From Bryobacteraceae bacterium (lineage in GTDB: Bacteria > Acidobacteriota > Terriglobia > Bryobacterales > Bryobacteraceae): a DNA stretch of 64,000 nucleotides. Shown here piece by piece: positions 44,358 through 53,598 of this stretch. The DNA lies in the NCBI GenBank assembly GCA_037190045.1, contig JBBCIQ010000004.1, positions 814,251-878,250 of the forward strand, written 5' to 3'. Every line of letters starts with the position of its first letter. Positions within the stretch are counted from its first letter, which is position 1. A program made the translations under genes and the position numbers. Below the pieces are notes generated by a model. It was not told the DNA's origin and did not search any database. It was given only the letters and a program-made list of their open reading frames with translations.

Positions 44358-45392
44358 ATGGCCTCTCAGGATCCACTTTCACCACGGGAAGCAGGGATTC
44401 TTCATACGATTGTCGAGTCCTATATCCAGACGGGTGAGCCGGTTGCCTCTCTTGCGCTCGCAAGATTACGTCGGTTAAAGCTGAGTGGCGCCACCATTCG
44501 GAATGTTATGGCGGAACTGGACGAGCAGGGTTTTCTGACCCAGCCTCATACCTCCGCTGGACGTATTCCTACAGACAAAGCAATCCAGGCCTACGTCCGT
44601 TCCATTGCTGTTCGTGTGGTGAATGCAGAACTGGCTCGAATGCGTACAGAATTGCGTCGAGCCCAGAATATGAATGAGCGGGTAGAACGCTCTTCCCGGA
44701 TTCTGACGCAGCTGACGAAAAATGTTGGAATCGTGGCTGCAATCCCCGGCAGTCGTGATGTGCTTTCCAGTGTGGAACTGGTGGCCATTCCGGTCAATAA
44801 AGTTCTGATGGTTGTCGTGACAGCGGGAGGTCAGGTTCGTAATCAGGTAGTGGAACTGGATGAACCGTTGCATGATACCGAACTGGTCTCCATTCGGAAT
44901 TATCTGAACACCAACTTCAGTGGCTGGCGACTCTCTGATATCCGTACCGAACTGGAAAAACGGCTGGAGCGTGAAGCTGCTGCCTATGACTCTGTCCTGC
45001 GAGGGCTCATGCAGCTGCATTTGCGTGGGCTGTTGGATATTGCTCTTGATCCTGAAGTGAAGCTGGGGGGCGCATCCAATCTTGTCGGGATCGATCTTCA
45101 TCTGACTCGTGAGGCGATGCGGGATCTGTTCCAGACACTGGAAGAGAAAAAACGCATCCTGGAACTGCTGGATCGGTTTCTGCAGAAAGACTCGGAAGAG
45201 CCGGAGATTCAGGTAGGTCTGAGCGATGTTCATCCATCTATGAGCAACCTTTCGCTCATCGGTGTAACTGTTCAGCAGCCGGATGGATTGTCTACCCGTG
45301 TGGCTGTTCTCGGCCCCACTCGCATGGATTATGCTCGTGCCATGTCTGCCATCGTCCATATGCAGCAGGCGCTGCGGTCCACATCTGTTTAA
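44358..45392 (+). CDS. hrcA: Heat-inducible transcription repressor HrcA
   Basis: N-terminal winged helix LSPREAGILHTIVESYIQTGEPVAS, GATIRNVMAELDEQGFLTQPHTSAGRIPT, and C-terminal GPTRMDYARA. Confidence 0.92.
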   Translation: MASQDPLSPREAGILHTIVESYIQTGEPVASLALARLRRLKLSGATIRNVMAELDEQGFLTQPHTSAGRIPTDKAIQAYVRSIAVRVVNAELARMRTELRRAQNMNERVERSSRILTQLTKNVGIVAAIPGSRDVLSSVELVAIPVNKVLMVVVTAGGQVRNQVVELDEPLHDTELVSIRNYLNTNFSGWRLSDIRTELEKRLEREAAAYDSVLRGLMQLHLRGLLDIALDPEVKLGGASNLVGIDLHLTREAMRDLFQTLEEKKRILELLDRFLQKDSEEPEIQVGLSDVHPSMSNLSLIGVTVQQPDGLSTRVAVLGPTRMDYARAMSAIVHMQQALRSTSV

Positions 45393-46696
45393 TCAGAATT
45401 CTTTGGGGTGAATTTTTTAGAGGGTCGATGGCGCATGCTGAAATCAGTCCGATCACGAGCCTCGGCATAGCGGGTCAGTTGATTCCTTGCTTCTCCATCA
45501 CCCTGTAAGGACCAGTTCAGAAAGAGGCGCGTGAGTGTGCACAGGTTCGAATAGTTTTTGCGAATCTGTACAGATTCCTGTTCCCGTTCTGCTTGCTGTG
45601 ATTTCACGAAACTTCTCATTGCTCCCTGGGAAAGATAGTCGTTATGCCGGAAGCCGGAGATCGACACCTCATATCGCTCTGCATTTTTCAAATACTGATC
45701 ATAGATAGAAAAGTCGGGATGATTTTCCTTCGTGGACAGGATCATGCATGAAATTTCTGGTCGGAATAATTGATCCAGCTGGTGCAGAAAACGACTTCGT
45801 GCTTTAGTGACAGCTGCCAAAAGATCCTTCATGTGCCTTCGTTGCCATCGGGAAAATCTCTGTTCCAGTGTGGTGTCCAGAATCACGACAGAACGTAAAG
45901 TGCTGTCGTGTCTTCCAATGAATCTCAAAAAGAACTGTGCACCTGCGCTATGTCCAATCCCTGCCTGTTTTTGAATATCCACAAAAGGAAGCTGAGCCGC
46001 TGAATGAATCAGAAACTGAAGATCATCTTCATGAGTTCCTTCCAGGTAGTGATTATTCTGAACGGAGAATGTGTTGAACTGAAATGCACTGGAAATGACC
46101 ACATATCCATGGCTGGCCAGGTATTCGAAAAGAATCACATTCTCGTCAAATGATCCCTCTGCGCCAGCATGATAAAAGATGACGGGGAATTTTCCCGGAG
46201 CAGGTGGTGCCCTTCGGGCCGCTTTTGCCGAAGATTCCATAAACTGCGAAAGATACTCTCTTATTTGGGAAATGACGTGTGAATCTTCTTCGTATTGGCT
46301 GATCGTATTGAGAGAAATCTTATGTGCATAATCTTTTAACCGCGAGACAAAGGATTGGAGTTCAGGCTGAGAGGGAACTTCATCCAGTTCCAGATAATCT
46401 GCATACTTCATAGGAGCAACTGTTCTGTGAACAGCCGGATACCAGACGGCAAAAAGAAGTGGTCGGAAGGGCAAAAGCTGGCTGGATGCACCTGATTGGC
46501 CGGGATATTCACGTCTGCTATGGTCAACTTCCAATGTGGATTGATAGCCCACAGAGTAAGGGCCGGTTTCCATTTGCTTCCACAAAGAGGATGTCTGAGC
46601 CGGGACAGGACTGCTGAGGGCAGAGACCACCAGAAGAGAAGAAATAATCCGGTATGAATCTGTCGTTGTGGACATGTGGAGCCAGCAGAATATCAA
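45389..46696 (-). CDS. Secreted alpha/beta-hydrolase-like protein, unknown substrate
   Basis: Signal-like N-terminus, more plausibly starting at ATG 46675. Nucleophile elbow GIGHSAGA. AT-rich relative to its neighbours. Its stop codon overlaps the hrcA stop. Confidence 0.55.
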   Translation of the reverse strand: MIFCWLHMSTTTDSYRIISSLLVVSALSSPVPAQTSSLWKQMETGPYSVGYQSTLEVDHSRREYPGQSGASSQLLPFRPLLFAVWYPAVHRTVAPMKYADYLELDEVPSQPELQSFVSRLKDYAHKISLNTISQYEEDSHVISQIREYLSQFMESSAKAARRAPPAPGKFPVIFYHAGAEGSFDENVILFEYLASHGYVVISSAFQFNTFSVQNNHYLEGTHEDDLQFLIHSAAQLPFVDIQKQAGIGHSAGAQFFLRFIGRHDSTLRSVVILDTTLEQRFSRWQRRHMKDLLAAVTKARSRFLHQLDQLFRPEISCMILSTKENHPDFSIYDQYLKNAERYEVSISGFRHNDYLSQGAMRSFVKSQQAEREQESVQIRKNYSNLCTLTRLFLNWSLQGDGEARNQLTRYAEARDRTDFSMRHRPSKKFTPKNSD

Positions 46697-46854
46697 ATCT
46701 TTAGAAGAATTTTTTCTAAACCATCAAAATCAAGGAAGTATATTGATTTTTCAATAATATCCTTATTTTTGTTAAGTTTAACGACTGATTCTGGGTTTCT
46801 GGAGAGTGGGAAGCACCTCTTTTTGACATCAACTGCTAATCTGAAGGTTGAGAG

Positions 46855-47400
46855 ATGGATACCGAGAATCTTAAGCCTGTGGATCCCGATACTGTAGATC
46901 CGTTGGTCACCCCCGAGTTGGAAACTGATACAGCAGCAGACTTTGTTTCCCTGACAGAGGAACGGGATCGTCTTGCTGGCGAAAAAGCAGAGTTGCAGGA
47001 TCAGCTTCTGCGGCGGACTGCGGAATTTGAGAATTTCCGCCGCCGGACGGAAAGGGAAAAGCTGGAACTGAGCGAATATGCTTCCATGGAAGCCGTCAAG
47101 GCGTTGCTCCCGATCCTGGATGATTTTGAGCGTGCGATCAAAGTGGAATCCGCAGACAAGGAGTATGCAAAGGGAACCGAGCTGATTCATCAGCGTTTCT
47201 TTGGTGTGCTTCAGAAACTGGGGCTGGAACCCATTGATGCGGTAGGCAAGTCCTTTGATCCAAATCTGCACCATGCTATCGAGCGACAGGAAACAACTGA
47301 AGCAGAAGACCAGCAGATTCTGGATGAATTTCAGCGTGGATATAATTTCCGGGGCCGTCTTTTGCGTCCCGCTCTTGTCAAAGTTGCAGTGAACTCATAA
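46855..47400 (+). CDS. grpE: Nucleotide exchange factor GrpE
   Basis: RTAEFENFRRRTEREK, LPILDDFERA, FDPNLHHAI and GYNFRGRLLRPALVKV. Confidence 0.92.
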   Translation: MDTENLKPVDPDTVDPLVTPELETDTAADFVSLTEERDRLAGEKAELQDQLLRRTAEFENFRRRTEREKLELSEYASMEAVKALLPILDDFERAIKVESADKEYAKGTELIHQRFFGVLQKLGLEPIDAVGKSFDPNLHHAIERQETTEAEDQQILDEFQRGYNFRGRLLRPALVKVAVNS

Positions 47401-47406
47401 TTCAAC

Positions 47407-48531
47407 GTGGTTAAAACTGACTATTACGAAGTTCTGGGTGTGACCCGTGATGCAGACGATCAGGTGCTGAAGACTGCCTATCGTAGACTGGCCATGCAGT
47501 ATCATCCGGACAGAAATCCCGGGAATGCAGATGCAGAAGAGAAGTTCAAGGCTGCTGCGGAAGCGTATAGCATCCTGAGCGACTCGCAGAAGCGTGCTGC
47601 TTATGACCGTTTTGGTCATGCCGGAGTGCAGGGCGCTGCGGGAGGCGGATCTGCCGGATATGATCCATCTGCATTTACTGATTTCCAGGATGTCTTTGGC
47701 GATTTCTTCGACAGCTTCTTTGGTGGAAGCGGTGGGGGGCGATCCCGCAATCGTGTTCGTCGCGGTGAAGATCTCCGCTACGATCTGGAGATCTCCTTTG
47801 AAGAATCCATGAAGGGAACCAAGGTGGATATCCAGGTTCCGCGGATGGATTCCTGCACGGCTTGTAATGGTTCCGGTGCGGATGGCGCGGATGGAATCAC
47901 CACCTGCCCCACCTGTAAAGGCCGTGGAGAAGCTGTCTACAATCAGGGATTCATTTCGGTCCGCCAGACCTGTCATACCTGCAGCGGACGCGGTAACCTG
48001 ATCCGCAAAGCCTGTAAGGAATGTCGCGGTGAGGGTGTGGTGCGTTCAGAACGCAGACTCAAGGTGAACATTCCTGCCGGTGTCGATACAGGAACACAGA
48101 TGCGTCTGGTGGGAGAAGGAAATCCTTCTCTCAATGGTGGCCAGAGCGGTGATCTATATGTAGTGATTCGGGTCAAGGATCATGCATTCTTTGAGCGGCA
48201 TGAGAATGACCTGCACTGCACCATTCCGGTGACGATTGTTCAGGCAACGCTGGGCTCAGAGATTGAACTCAAGACTCTGGATGGCGTGGAGAAGGTCAAG
48301 GTTCCTGAAGGAACTCAGCCGGGGACGCAACTGCGTCTGCGCGGCAAGGGTGTTCCACGAGTAAACTCTTCCGGTCGTGGTGATCTCTTTATTCACGTAG
48401 AAGTCCGTATTCCGGAAAAACTGAATAAAGAGCAGCGCAAGCTGATGGAACAACTGCGGGAGACTCTTCCGGAAGACAATGAGCCACGGGAAAAAGGCCT
48501 GTTCGAAAAGGTGCGGGATTACTTTTCCTGA
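47407..48531 (+). CDS. dnaJ: Molecular chaperone DnaJ
   Basis: GTG start. J-domain DYYEVLGV...YHPDRNPG, a G/F-rich linker, and four CxxCxGxG zinc motifs (CTACNGSG, CPTCKGRG, CHTCSGRG, CKECRGEG). Confidence 0.95.
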   Translation: MVKTDYYEVLGVTRDADDQVLKTAYRRLAMQYHPDRNPGNADAEEKFKAAAEAYSILSDSQKRAAYDRFGHAGVQGAAGGGSAGYDPSAFTDFQDVFGDFFDSFFGGSGGGRSRNRVRRGEDLRYDLEISFEESMKGTKVDIQVPRMDSCTACNGSGADGADGITTCPTCKGRGEAVYNQGFISVRQTCHTCSGRGNLIRKACKECRGEGVVRSERRLKVNIPAGVDTGTQMRLVGEGNPSLNGGQSGDLYVVIRVKDHAFFERHENDLHCTIPVTIVQATLGSEIELKTLDGVEKVKVPEGTQPGTQLRLRGKGVPRVNSSGRGDLFIHVEVRIPEKLNKEQRKLMEQLRETLPEDNEPREKGLFEKVRDYFS

Positions 48532-48559
48532 TTTTTAGTGATTTTGAATTTTAGATAAG

Positions 48560-50170
48560 ATGGCGGGCATGTCCCGCCTCTTGCTTTTTATGTTGGGGTT
48601 GAGTGTTTTTACTCAGCAAGCCGATGCACAGCACGCTGAAGCTCAGCAATCCTACATTTACATTTCAAACGCTGCCAGAAGCGCTACAGAAACAAATCCG
48701 ACCCTGGCTCCAGGTTCACTTGTTTCTTTGACAATTTATCCCCCCATTGATCTGGAGAAGCCTTATTCACTTCGCATTGAAGATTCCGTGGGTGTTTCGA
48801 GACAACTTCTGAATATCCGGTCGAAAGGAACAGTCACAGATACACAGCTTGAGGCCCAGATTCCTGCTGCTGTTCGATTAGGCAATGCCAGGGTTGTTCT
48901 GAATCACGACGGAAAAGTGCAATCAGCGCCTGTTCGAATTGTGGAAGCCAGCTTTGAAGTTTTCACGATTCCAAATACGAAATTGATTGCGAATGTGCAG
49001 AACTATTCTCCTTCTGGGGAGAGCGGGCAGAATGGACTCATCTATCCCGCACGTCCAGGTGACTACCTGACGTTTTGGGGGACTGGGATGGGGACAGATG
49101 TTTCAAAGCCGGTTCATGTCGTGATTGGTGGGAAAAGAGCAAAAGTGATCTGGGCAGGAAAAGCGCCCGCTAATCCCGGGGTGGATCAGGTTAACGTTCA
49201 ACTGGAAGATCATATTTCCTGGCAGCAGAGTTGCTATGTTCCAGTGCGGATAAGTGCTGGAGAACAAAATAGCAAGGTAACTACCATTGCGATTGCAAAC
49301 GAAGGGCTCTGCCCTCACCCGTTCGATCTGACAGTGGATGAGAGGAACACGCTTGATTTTGGAGGAGCGATTCCGTTTGTATCAGTCGAGCTGATGCGAA
49401 GGCTGGGTAAAGCAAATACAGGCAGGATTATTTTTGACAACCCTTCCGTGACAGACAGGATGACATGGAAGGAAGAAATCTACGCAAAATTTGGATCAGC
49501 AACAGCTGAGGCGGTGGCAGTAAGAGCTGCTTCTTTGGAGATACCGGGATCCTGCAGGTTGCAGGAGGAATACCCCAATCTTCATCAGGGCTTTTCTGAC
49601 AGTTCTTTGGATGTTGGTACGGCATTGGCGATTCAGGGGACGGACAATACCGTAGATGTCCCATCCGCAATACAGACTCAAAGTCCCTACTCTAATTTTC
49701 TCGTAAAGCCCGGCGGACAGACCGATATCCTTTTGTTGCCGTCCCCATTATTTAAGGAAGGTCAGTGGACACTTTCAGCGCTCGGAGGAACAGATGTTAT
49801 GCCATTTCAGCAAGAGATCCAGATTGTTCCTGCTCCTGTTCCAACCAATCACATTCAATTTAAATTCATGAGTAATCCAACAGCGCAGCTTCCGATTCGC
49901 TGGAATCCCGCCGGATATGGTCCTGATGATCAGATCAATATCCGGGTTGGGAAGCTCTCTTGTTATGCACGGGCAAAGGATGGGGAATTTACTATTCCAT
50001 CCACCGAAATGAGAAAAGCAAATTTGCCCAATGGTGTGCTTTACGAGAGTCTGTTTATAAACGTGGTTCAGCCATCACAAGGGTTTACAATCCCTCTGGT
50101 TGAGGGTGGTTTTATGCGCGGATCTTTCACTGACACTACATCGCTCCCTGTTCCATTCATGACGCGCTGA
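48560..50170 (+). CDS. Secreted protein with TIGR03437-like Ig-type module (paralogue 1)
   Basis: Signal peptide. The block PARPGDYLTFWGTGMG...VVIGGKRAKVIWAGKAPANPGVDQVNVQL resembles the Solibacter/Acidobacteria TIGR03437 domain as I remember it. It is colinear with the next gene. Confidence 0.6.
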   Translation: MAGMSRLLLFMLGLSVFTQQADAQHAEAQQSYIYISNAARSATETNPTLAPGSLVSLTIYPPIDLEKPYSLRIEDSVGVSRQLLNIRSKGTVTDTQLEAQIPAAVRLGNARVVLNHDGKVQSAPVRIVEASFEVFTIPNTKLIANVQNYSPSGESGQNGLIYPARPGDYLTFWGTGMGTDVSKPVHVVIGGKRAKVIWAGKAPANPGVDQVNVQLEDHISWQQSCYVPVRISAGEQNSKVTTIAIANEGLCPHPFDLTVDERNTLDFGGAIPFVSVELMRRLGKANTGRIIFDNPSVTDRMTWKEEIYAKFGSATAEAVAVRAASLEIPGSCRLQEEYPNLHQGFSDSSLDVGTALAIQGTDNTVDVPSAIQTQSPYSNFLVKPGGQTDILLLPSPLFKEGQWTLSALGGTDVMPFQQEIQIVPAPVPTNHIQFKFMSNPTAQLPIRWNPAGYGPDDQINIRVGKLSCYARAKDGEFTIPSTEMRKANLPNGVLYESLFINVVQPSQGFTIPLVEGGFMRGSFTDTTSLPVPFMTR

Positions 50171-50194
50171 AAATTTTTGCGATAGTATGGCGGC

Positions 50195-51817
50195 ATGTTT
50201 CGCTACATGCTGGTTCTGTTGAGCCTCAGTATCTTTGCTCAGACCGGAGAATGGAGAGAGACATCTTCATTCTCCCGGCATTTGTCGGTGAGAAACGCTG
50301 CCTCTTCCTTGAGTTCTCTGGGCGTTGAACTGGCACCGGGATCCAGAGCAATCGTCAATTTCTCTCCGGGGGTTGATCTCGAAAAGCCCCACTCCCTCCG
50401 ATTCGAAAGTGCAGCGGGCGAGAGTTGGAATCTGCCGCAGTTGCCGAACCGATGGTTCGAGTCAAATTCACAGTTTGAAGTATTGCTGCCGGATGATCTC
50501 CCGCTGGGAGAAGGGAAAGTCCTCCTTTCCTACAATGAGGACCAGCAGATTTCCACTGATGTAAAGATCGTGAAACAGAGCTTTGTCGTCTATGGCAAAT
50601 CTTTTACCCGTTTTGCCAATGTCCAGAATACGTCCGCTGAAGGTGCTGTACAGCAGAATGGATTGACTACGCCCGTCCGGCCTGGTAACTACCTCACTCT
50701 TTGGGGAACGGGACTTGGTGTCGAAGCTCCCCGATCCCTGTATGTCGTGGTTGGAGGACAAGCAGCGAAGGTCGTGTGGTCAGGTAAGGCTCCGGATAGC
50801 CCGGGAATCGATCAGATCAATGTCTTTCTTGAGCCCACTCGAAACTGGAAAGAAGGCTGCTTCATTCCGTTACGTGTCCGTGCGAATGGAGTGGATTCCG
50901 ATCCATTGGCGATATCTGTTGCGAAGGAAGGAGCCTGTGAGCATCCTTACGGATTCAGTCTGGAAGAGATGCAGAAACTGGATCAGGATGGAGTAACTTC
51001 GCTTGCCAACGTTTCCATGGATGTCGTGCTCGGTCCACCCGCACTCAGTGGTATCAATCCTTTTTACGGCTATGATCTTTCCCGTGAGGAGTTGACCTGG
51101 AGGGAAGGTGCATCAGTCAACATCCGGGATAACGGATTTTTTCTGCCTTCCGGAGCACTTATTCCTGAGTCCGGTTCCTGTACTACCTATCTTTCTGGCG
51201 GAATTTTGGGACAGGCCATCAGGGTGAGTGTGTCGTTTGATGCAGGAGAAAGTGTCCGGCTGCAGGGGCAGGGAAAAGATATTGAGCTGACGCGACCACC
51301 CATCCCTCCGTCTTCATTACTCATGCAGGGTAATTATCAGAAATCCTTGCCTGAACCCTTTCCGCAAAAAGACATCAGCTTGCTGGTGCCTCCGGTTTTT
51401 CGTGAAGGTGCATGGACGCTCAAAGTGCTGGGAGGAACAGACATCTCTGCCTTTGAAGAAACCTTCCATGTCGCACCTCCCCTCGCACCTACAAACCTAA
51501 AGGAACTGAAGCTCATTGATCGCACTGCAAGTCTGCCAGTGCGATGGAACCCGGCTGGATACAACAGTAACGACCGTATTCTGATTTCTATCGGGAAGCT
51601 TTCCTGCACTGCCCGTGCGCAGGATGGAGAATTCCTGATTCCCTCCAGCGAGTTGAAGAAAGTAACTTTTGATTCTTCGCAGTTCATCAACGCTGCCATC
51701 AACCTGACATATATCGGTACACCACAACTGTTCTCAGTCCCCCGAACGAACGGAGAAGAGATGCGTGGCGTCTATGAACCTGCTTCCACTGTCATCATTC
51801 CCACAACGATTCGGTAA
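50195..51817 (+). CDS. Secreted protein with TIGR03437-like Ig-type module (paralogue 2)
   Basis: Signal peptide MFRYMLVLLSLSIFAQT. PVRPGNYLTLWGTGLG...VVVGGQAAKVVWSGKAPDSPGIDQINVFL. Shared C-terminal blocks LPVRWNPAGY and GKLSCTARAQDGEFLIPS. Confidence 0.6.
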   Translation: MFRYMLVLLSLSIFAQTGEWRETSSFSRHLSVRNAASSLSSLGVELAPGSRAIVNFSPGVDLEKPHSLRFESAAGESWNLPQLPNRWFESNSQFEVLLPDDLPLGEGKVLLSYNEDQQISTDVKIVKQSFVVYGKSFTRFANVQNTSAEGAVQQNGLTTPVRPGNYLTLWGTGLGVEAPRSLYVVVGGQAAKVVWSGKAPDSPGIDQINVFLEPTRNWKEGCFIPLRVRANGVDSDPLAISVAKEGACEHPYGFSLEEMQKLDQDGVTSLANVSMDVVLGPPALSGINPFYGYDLSREELTWREGASVNIRDNGFFLPSGALIPESGSCTTYLSGGILGQAIRVSVSFDAGESVRLQGQGKDIELTRPPIPPSSLLMQGNYQKSLPEPFPQKDISLLVPPVFREGAWTLKVLGGTDISAFEETFHVAPPLAPTNLKELKLIDRTASLPVRWNPAGYNSNDRILISIGKLSCTARAQDGEFLIPSSELKKVTFDSSQFINAAINLTYIGTPQLFSVPRTNGEEMRGVYEPASTVIIPTTIR

Positions 51818-51832
51818 AATCCGGGCAGGGTC

Positions 51833-52711
51833 ATGAATCCTGCTCAAAGTCCCGGGAAATCGCTGATCAAGCCCCACTTCCACCATCTGTCTGGAAGTGG
51901 GAATACTCTGGATGGCCTGATCGTCGAAAGAAACCTGGAGAATCCGCAAAAAGAGAGCTATGCCAAACCCGGCGCTTCGCCGGGGAATATCGTGGTCATT
52001 CATGGCGGACAACCAGCCAGTCTTCAGTGGAAGTTCAATGGGTCAGAAAAGAAGTCGGTGTTTGAAGGTGGCGAGGCGATCCTGAACCCGATGGGGCTCT
52101 ATGTCGCACCCCAATGGAGCGATCCGGTGGAACTGCTGCTGCTGGCCATTCGACCGGAATTGCTCAATTCCGTTGCGTCCCAGATGAACAGCCGACGGGC
52201 TGTGGAACTGATTCCGCGTTTCCATTTTCGCGATGAACTCCTGCGGCAGCTTTGCCTCCAACTGGTTGCCGAGTTTGAACAGAAAAGTTTGCCTGATCAT
52301 TTTTATGTCGATTCGCTGAAACATACTGTGCTGGCGCACCTGATTCGCAATTATTCGACCAATGATGTGGAGTCCAGTTCTTCAAGGCATGGACTGCCGC
52401 AACGCAGGCTGAACAGAGTTCTGGATTTTATTCATTCCTGTTTGGGTGAGAACATCCGGGTACAGGACCTCGCAACGCTTGCCGAAATGAGTCCTTCTCA
52501 TTTTCTGGTGATGTTCCGGCAGTCTGCAGGAATGTCGCCGCATCGATACATCATGCAGTGTCGTCTGGAACGGGCACAGGAACTTTTACAGCAAAGTGCA
52601 CTACCGATAGCCGAAGTGGCACGACTGACCGGGTTTTCTGACCAGAGTCATCTGACGAGAAGCATGCGTCGGTACATGGGCATGACCCCACGTATTGTCA
52701 GATCCCGCTAG
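51833..52711 (+). CDS. AraC-family transcriptional regulator (cupin-like N-domain)
   Basis: C-terminal double HTH: VQDLATLAEMSPSHFLVMFRQSAGMSPHRYIMQCRLERAQELL...IAEVARLTGFSDQSHLTRSMRRYMGMTP. Confidence 0.85.
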   Translation: MNPAQSPGKSLIKPHFHHLSGSGNTLDGLIVERNLENPQKESYAKPGASPGNIVVIHGGQPASLQWKFNGSEKKSVFEGGEAILNPMGLYVAPQWSDPVELLLLAIRPELLNSVASQMNSRRAVELIPRFHFRDELLRQLCLQLVAEFEQKSLPDHFYVDSLKHTVLAHLIRNYSTNDVESSSSRHGLPQRRLNRVLDFIHSCLGENIRVQDLATLAEMSPSHFLVMFRQSAGMSPHRYIMQCRLERAQELLQQSALPIAEVARLTGFSDQSHLTRSMRRYMGMTPRIVRSR

Positions 52712-52817
52712 ACTTCCATCAGAAAATCATCAGAATATTCCAGAGATCAGAGTTTTGTTCAAGACTCTGGCTGAGCCTGCCTGCGAGGATGAAAGAAAAT
52801 TTCCGGAGGAAACTAAA

Positions 52818-53573
52818 ATGGCGGAGAAAGTATTAAAAGGTAAAGTTGTTCTGATTGCCGGTGGCGGAAAGAATCTGGGCAAGCTGATCAGCACGACACT
52901 GGCTGCAGACGGAGCATCCATTGCTGTGCACTACAACAGTGATGCATCAAAGCAGTCTGCGGAGGAAACTGTAGCGGCTGTGAAAGCAGCCGGATCAGAT
53001 GCCTTTGCCTGGCAGGCGGACCTGACGCAGATTCCTCAACTGGTAAAGCTCTTTGATGAGACCGTGAATCGGTTCGGACGTCTGGATATTGCCGTGAATA
53101 CGGTTGGAAAAGTATTGAAGAAGCCATTTGTGGACACCACTGAAGCGGAATATGACGAGATGTTTGCCATCAATTCCAAGGTGGCCTATTTCTTTATACA
53201 GGAATCCGCAAAAAGAATGACTGAAGGCGGAGCCATCATCACCATTGCCACTTCATTGCTGGCAGCTTTTACAGGACTATACTCCACATATGCCGGAGGA
53301 AAAGCTCCACTGGAACATTTCACACGCGCTGCTGCAAAAGAGTTTGGTCCGCAAGGAATTTCCGTCAACAATGTGGCTCCCGGCCCCATGGATACACCGT
53401 TCTTTTATCCGGCGGAATCCCCGGAATCGATTGCCTATCACAAGGCATCCAGCATGAGCGGTCGATTGACAGAGATTGAAGACATTGCACCGATCGTCCG
53501 TTTTCTCGCAACGGAAGGTCGGTGGATCACCGGGCAGACACTCTTTGCGAATGGTGGTTACACCACTCGCTAG
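52818..53573 (+). CDS. SDR-family oxidoreductase
   Basis: Start moved to ATG 52818, 7 nt after GGAGGA. Rossmann motif VVLIAGGGKNLG, NTVG, and the catalytic region YSTYAGGK. Confidence 0.88.
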   Translation: MAEKVLKGKVVLIAGGGKNLGKLISTTLAADGASIAVHYNSDASKQSAEETVAAVKAAGSDAFAWQADLTQIPQLVKLFDETVNRFGRLDIAVNTVGKVLKKPFVDTTEAEYDEMFAINSKVAYFFIQESAKRMTEGGAIITIATSLLAAFTGLYSTYAGGKAPLEHFTRAAAKEFGPQGISVNNVAPGPMDTPFFYPAESPESIAYHKASSMSGRLTEIEDIAPIVRFLATEGRWITGQTLFANGGYTTR

Positions 53574-53598
53574 TCAGTCACATGAACTGGGTCTGGGA

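Noticed and set aside
46699-46720. The inverted repeat TTTAGAA-N7-TTCTAAA upstream of grpE, considered as a CIRCE/HrcA operator.
   Set aside because: It shares only the TTAG/CTAA ends with TTAGCACTC-N9-GAGTGCTAA. The arms are 7 bp and AT-only, and the spacing is wrong. It also lies at the 5' end of the hydrolase ORF.
46823-46828. A perfect TTGACA -35 hexamer upstream of grpE.
   Set aside because: No -10-like hexamer lies 16-18 nt downstream, where the sequence reads GGTTGA. The nearby TAATCT is only 8 nt away, so no coherent sigma-70 promoter could be assembled.
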